Below are positions 59,456 through 64,000 of a DNA stretch of 64,000 nucleotides, piece by piece. Position numbers and translations under genes: made by a program. The notes below the pieces were generated by a model. It ran no database searches. It was not told the origin of the DNA and worked only from the letters and a program-made list of their open reading frames with translations. Numbering within the stretch: position 1 is the first letter of the stretch; each line of letters opens with the position of its first letter. The DNA comes from a bacterium (GTDB lineage Bacteria > UBA8248): contig CBDATS010000004.1 in the NCBI GenBank assembly GCA_965200245.1, positions 800,001 through 864,000 of the forward strand. The letters run 5' to 3'.

Positions 59456-60691
59456 ATGGATTCTTCCACAAGCAAGGGCGAGACCGGCATCCGGGAAGGC
59501 TGGCCGATCATCCTCGCATGTTTCCTTACCATATTCACCGCCTACACCACGACTTTCATCCTAGGGCCGATGCTCGACGTTATGGGACGCGACCTGGACC
59601 TCTCTCTGTCGGCCATGGGGCAGTTGGCGGCCATCATCTTCATCCCCTGGGGGGTGGGCGCGCCCCTTCTCGCTCCCATTTCCGACCGCTACGGCAGAAG
59701 GCCGGTCATCCTCGTCGGGCTGTTGGGTCTTTCACTCACCAACATCGCCATTTCTTTCGCGGAGGGCTATCTCGCGGTGGCTATCCTGCGTTTCATCGCG
59801 GGCTTGAGCGGCGCGCTCGTGCCGCCCACGGCGGTGGCCGCCATAGGAGACAATTTCACGGGCCGCACGCGCGGCCTCGCCATCGGATTCTCAACGGCGG
59901 GCGTGGCCATGGGACTGCTCCTCGGAGTCCCGAGCGTCGCCTTTCTGACGGATCACTTCGGCTGGCGCAACGCTTTATGGATTTTCGGCGCTTTCGGACT
60001 GGCACTTTGCCCCTATGCATTCCGTTCACTATCCCCGCAATCGCGTCTTGATGCGCCCTCCTCCTATCTGGCGAGCTTCGCCTGGATGCGACAAGGCGCT
60101 TCATGGCTCCTGCTAAGCGGCAACGTCACCGAGCGGCTCATGACGTCCACGTTTCTGACCTATGTATCCGTCTTTCTGATACGCACTTACGATATTTCCC
60201 TGTCCTCCGCAGGAAGCCTGCTCACGGCGATGTCCGTGGGCGGACTCATCGGCGGTCTGCTGGGCGGCACGCTTGCGGGTGTAAACCGCCGCTTCCTCAT
60301 CATCACCGCCCTGGTTCTGCTCCAGGGAGAGTTGCTGGCGTTTCATTTCTCGGGGTTTGGTTTACTGATACTTACTATCACGGCGGGCTTTCTATTCTCG
60401 TTCTTCAGTCAACTCAGCAGGCCCGCCGTAATGGATAACCTTATTTCGATCGCCCCGCTGGCGCGGGGTGCTATCATCGGCTTCTATTCGACGAGCAACC
60501 AGGTCGGCCTCTTCCTGGGAGCTTTCCTGGGGAGCTTCGCCATACAGTGGGGCGGTTTCGAGGTGCTCGGCTGGCTCGCCATGTGCGCCGCTGTTCTGGG
60601 CGGGTGCTTCTACGGAGCGAGCGCGTGGATGTTTCGGAGCGAGGGTATCAGGGGCGGTTCGAGAACCAACCGTACAAAAGCAAAACCATGA
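59456..60691 (+). CDS. MFS transporter (DHA1-like)
   Basis: Motif A SDRYGRRPV; ~12 TM segments. Confidence 0.9.
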   Translation: MDSSTSKGETGIREGWPIILACFLTIFTAYTTTFILGPMLDVMGRDLDLSLSAMGQLAAIIFIPWGVGAPLLAPISDRYGRRPVILVGLLGLSLTNIAISFAEGYLAVAILRFIAGLSGALVPPTAVAAIGDNFTGRTRGLAIGFSTAGVAMGLLLGVPSVAFLTDHFGWRNALWIFGAFGLALCPYAFRSLSPQSRLDAPSSYLASFAWMRQGASWLLLSGNVTERLMTSTFLTYVSVFLIRTYDISLSSAGSLLTAMSVGGLIGGLLGGTLAGVNRRFLIITALVLLQGELLAFHFSGFGLLILTITAGFLFSFFSQLSRPAVMDNLISIAPLARGAIIGFYSTSNQVGLFLGAFLGSFAIQWGGFEVLGWLAMCAAVLGGCFYGASAWMFRSEGIRGGSRTNRTKAKP

Positions 60692-60701
60692 GCGCAAACA
60701 A

Positions 60702-60741
60702 GAAAAAACACCGCGGGGACAGGCCGCGGTGCCTGTCCCCG
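60702..60741. terminator. Hairpin terminator between convergent genes
   Basis: CGGGGACAGGC/GCCTGTCCCCG 11-bp stem with an A-tract on the left (U-tract for the minus strand). Confidence 0.7.
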
Positions 60742-60800
60742 AAAGGACAACCACGGAGGTTCAAGGCAATCCCGACCGGGGAAAATGAACCGACCGACCC

Positions 60801-62465
60801 TTATTTCTTCACCGCGTCCTTGCGCCTGGGTTCAGGAAAGACATCCTGATCGATGATCACGTCCACCACGGTGGGACCCTCTTCTTTTAGCGCCTGGGCG
60901 TAGACATCCTCGAGGTCCTCGGGCTCTTCCACCCGGTAACCCGCTGCGCCGAAAACGCGCGCGTATTCGTCGAATCTGGGGTTCCCGATGGCATCGGCGA
61001 TGTAGCGCCCGTCGTAGAAATGTTTCTGATATGCGCGCTCGGATCCCAGGTTGAAATTGTTCAGGATGACGCAGACGGTAGGCAGGTTCTCGCGCATCGC
61101 CGTCTCGAGTTCCGCCCCGTTGCACAGGAAAGCGCCATCGCCGCTGATGGTAACGACCTTTTGGTGCGGGCGCGCAAGCTTGGCACCCAGTCCCAGCGGA
61201 TAGCCGATACCGATGGCCGCGAGATCCTGCGGGGCCACGAAGTTCCTGGCTTTGTCGAACCTCTGGTACTCATACACGTAACCCGCCGCGCTGCCCGCAT
61301 CGTTCGTGATGATGGAGTTCTCGGGCAGGACTTTCGCGAGAGCCATCTGCGCGCGACGGGGGTCAATGGGTTTTCCACCGTACTCGAGCGCACGCTCGCG
61401 GTGTCTTTCCTGCGCTTCACGCACCGCAGCGGCCTCCGCACGCCATGCGGTTCGTGGCGACTTCTCGCCCACTGCGGCGAGCACGGCCCGTAGTGCAGGG
61501 CCTGCATCAGCGTTCATACCCACCGCGGTGGCAAAGTTACGTCCTATATTCCCGGGATCTACCGCTGCGTGAATGAGCTTCGCGTTCCCGAAGAAATCTG
61601 CTCGCAGGAACGTAGTCGAATGCGCGAGTCTGGTGCCGACGGCGAACACGACATCCGCATTCTCGAAAAGCGTGCGCGCCTCGGGCAGCGTTCCGCGCCC
61701 AATCGAACCCAGAAAAAGTGGATTCCCGTTCGGTACGATGTCGTCCCTGCCCGTGGAGGTCATGGTGGGCGCGTCGAGTGCCTCCGCCAGCGCGATCAAA
61801 TCCTCGCTTGCCTCGTCCCAGAGTACACCGCCGCCTCCGATGAGCAACGGTCTCTCGGCGGAAGTGAGCAACGCCGCCGCCTTTGAAACCGCCTCGGGAT
61901 CAGGGACGAGCCGCACCAGGTCCGTATGCGAGGGAACACCGTTGTCCGAATACTCCGCCGTCTCGTTCAGCACGTCGCGCGGCAAATCGACATGCACGGG
62001 ACCGGGCACACCCGACATCGCCACGTGACAGGCCTCGTTGATGACGTCCGCCGCGCGCTCTGGCCGCCTCACCTGCACCGACCACTTCACCATCGGGGCG
62101 AACATGGCAATCTGGTCGAGTTCCTGGGTGGACTCTCGGAAGGTATCCTTCATCATGGGAGCGCCGGTGATGACCAGCACCGGGCTTTGCGCCATCATCG
62201 AGTGCGCCACGCCGGTGACAAGGTTCGTGGCACCCGGGCCGTTTGTCGCCATGCAAACGCCCACTTCCCCCGTGAGCCGGGCGTAGGCGTCCGCCATAAG
62301 GGCGGCGCTTTGCTCGTGGCGCACGGTGAGGAAGGATATATCCTCACGCCCGTACATGCCGTCCAGTATCTCGATCATGCACGAACCCGCCATGCCGATT
62401 ACGTGCCTCACCCCCAGTTTCGCCAGCGCATCCGCCACCGCATGTCCAGCCGTCATGCTCACCAT
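60801..62465 (-). CDS. Thiamine pyrophosphate-binding protein (acetolactate synthase/Xsc-like)
   Basis: VRHEQSA, NGPGATN, QELDQ, TPP motif GDGAF...NN. Confidence 0.9.
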   Translation of the reverse strand: MVSMTAGHAVADALAKLGVRHVIGMAGSCMIEILDGMYGREDISFLTVRHEQSAALMADAYARLTGEVGVCMATNGPGATNLVTGVAHSMMAQSPVLVITGAPMMKDTFRESTQELDQIAMFAPMVKWSVQVRRPERAADVINEACHVAMSGVPGPVHVDLPRDVLNETAEYSDNGVPSHTDLVRLVPDPEAVSKAAALLTSAERPLLIGGGGVLWDEASEDLIALAEALDAPTMTSTGRDDIVPNGNPLFLGSIGRGTLPEARTLFENADVVFAVGTRLAHSTTFLRADFFGNAKLIHAAVDPGNIGRNFATAVGMNADAGPALRAVLAAVGEKSPRTAWRAEAAAVREAQERHRERALEYGGKPIDPRRAQMALAKVLPENSIITNDAGSAAGYVYEYQRFDKARNFVAPQDLAAIGIGYPLGLGAKLARPHQKVVTISGDGAFLCNGAELETAMRENLPTVCVILNNFNLGSERAYQKHFYDGRYIADAIGNPRFDEYARVFGAAGYRVEEPEDLEDVYAQALKEEGPTVVDVIIDQDVFPEPRRKDAVKK

Positions 62466-62586
62466 CAATCCTCTCTCCCGGGAAAACAAACAATACCGAC
62501 GAGCGCGCTCCGCCACGTTTTGATTTTACCTGAAATCTTGTCCGTCGAGATTAGGCTCGCCGGCATGATTCGTCAAAGGCCTGCGG

Positions 62587-63315
62587 CTATCCGACGTTTC
62601 CTTTTGCGTGGATGGCGTTGGCTATCAGGTTCACCGCGTGGTCCGCGTTTGCCTCGGGCCTCGCCGTCTCGGCGAAGCGATAAAAACTCTTTGTCGGCCT
62701 AAGCGAATCACCGCCCAGAGCAACCAGTTCCGCGCAGAGGCGTTCGGCTTCCCCATCGAGTTCCACATCCGCCAGAACGTGGTTCACCATCCCGATGCGC
62801 CTGCCCTCTTCGGCATCGATCTCACGCCCCGTGATGACCATTTCGAATCCATGACGTCTGTCCAGCTTTCTCGCAAGATGGCTGATGACCACCGTGGGCG
62901 GAAAGCCCTCCCTGATCTCGGGGAAGGCAATCCGCGCGGTATCGGAAGCCAGCACCAGGTCTGCGCGGCTGATCAGCCCCGCCCCCGGCCCGTAGGCCCG
63001 ACCCCGAAGCGCCGCCACCGTCACTGCGGGGGAGAACTCCAGGGCGTCGTTCATCTTCACGATCCGGCGGAAGCGCTCTCTTATCACGTTCACGGGCGGT
63101 AGTTGCGCGCCGCCACGCACGCTTTCTCTCCCTGCACAAAAATCCGCGCCTTCTCCGCTCAAGAGGATGACGTCACATTCCTCTCCGGCCCGAAGCAGGG
63201 TATCGGTGAGTTCTTCCATCATCTCGAACGTGAGGCGGTTCGCCTCCGAAGCGCGAGCAAGCGTGACACGGCCCAGAACGTTTTCCTTCTCATACCGAAC
63301 AGACGGCATCATCAT
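62587..63315 (-). CDS. Enoyl-CoA hydratase/isomerase family
   Basis: FCAG, GRAYGPG, FPEIREG, TGREIDAEE. Confidence 0.88.
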   Translation of the reverse strand: MMMPSVRYEKENVLGRVTLARASEANRLTFEMMEELTDTLLRAGEECDVILLSGEGADFCAGRESVRGGAQLPPVNVIRERFRRIVKMNDALEFSPAVTVAALRGRAYGPGAGLISRADLVLASDTARIAFPEIREGFPPTVVISHLARKLDRRHGFEMVITGREIDAEEGRRIGMVNHVLADVELDGEAERLCAELVALGGDSLRPTKSFYRFAETARPEANADHAVNLIANAIHAKGNVG

Positions 63316-63500
63316 CTCCTCCCCGGAACAAAACCGGACTTGTCCTGAAACCTTCCCGTTCATCCTGAAATTTCCGGGATTTTCACCCGAAATCTTCCCT
63401 AAAAGTAAAAACGAAAAAACACTTGCAAAATTATTCGTTATTTGTTTGCATAGAAGATGCATTATTTTCGCAGAACGTGCGTTGCAAGGACACAATTGCC

Positions 63501-64000
63501 ATGAGTACCGCTGTTCCGCTTCGAATCTTACGTCAAAACGAGACCATATTCGAGGCTCGCGTGGAAAATATTGCCACGGGTGGGGCGGGCGTCACCCGTC
63601 TGGACGGCCGCGCCGTATTCATTCCCAAAACAGCTCCCGGAGACAGGGTACGCTTTCGCATCGCCAAGGAGAAGGGAAAATACCTGCTCGGCGAACTCGT
63701 GAAAATCATCCAGGCGGGGCCTGATCGAACGACGCCCCCGTGCGTGCACTGGGGCGACTGCGGGGGATGCAACCTGCAGCACATCTCGCTCCCGGCGCAG
63801 CTCGAGGCCAGGAAACGGGTTTTTCTCGACACCCTGGGCCGCATCGGCAAGATTGACCTGGGTGTCCCGGCGCAAACCGTCACGCTTCCCGGAAACGAGA
63901 ACCGCTACCGCATGCGCGCGCGCTTTCAGGTGCGGGGCTCCGAGACAGGCTTTTTCGCCACTGGTGCACGACGTCTGGTCGGCGTAGAGGATTGCCTGCT
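63501..64000 (+). CDS. rlmD: 23S rRNA (uracil-C5)-methyltransferase, TRAM domain; runs off window
   Basis: Not in ORF track. MSTAV...VENIATGGAGV...VFIPKTAPGDRV...PPCVHWGDCGGCNLQH...YRMRAR. Confidence 0.88.
   Translation, partial: MSTAVPLRILRQNETIFEARVENIATGGAGVTRLDGRAVFIPKTAPGDRVRFRIAKEKGKYLLGELVKIIQAGPDRTTPPCVHWGDCGGCNLQHISLPAQLEARKRVFLDTLGRIGKIDLGVPAQTVTLPGNENRYRMRARFQVRGSETGFFATGARRLVGVEDCL

Noticed and set aside
1-64000. CRISPR array, tRNA, rRNA
   Set aside because: No regularly spaced repeats or recognisable structural RNA seen by eye; a tRNAscan/Infernal run would be needed to exclude small RNAs.

Overview
GC-rich bacterial chromosomal segment. The gene content (futalosine menaquinone pathway, many catabolic paralogs, numerous pseudogenes) suggests a Nitrospinota/Tectomicrobia-like, possibly host-associated lineage; this is inference only. 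Housekeeping genes: rluB, pgsA, pduO-type, bioF, crcB, mqnE/A/C plus a deaminase, thrB, pncA, rlmD. Catabolic enzymes and a cpATP-grasp/alpha-E/transglutaminase module are interleaved with two AT-richer decayed toxin-antitoxin/defence islands (~16.7-20.4 kb and ~47.3-51.3 kb). Highlights missed or obscured by the ORF track: (1) a 90-aa CxxU AhpD/CMD-type selenoprotein gene (15832-16104) with a near-consensus sigma70 promoter, RBS and SECIS-like hairpin, directly upstream of an ICMT/PEMT-family methyltransferase; (2) a 1.5-kb IS1595-family transporter element with terminal inverted repeats and an 8-bp target duplication, carrying a Panacea antitoxin and an amber-disrupted toxin; (3) an MqnA::amidase in-frame fusion and a CyaC-like heme/2Fe-2S cyclase inside the mqn operon; (4) a signal-peptide-bearing DUF151 nuclease-PDZ fusion; (5) many deletions, stops and homopolymer frameshifts. 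No rRNA, tRNA or CRISPR array was seen.
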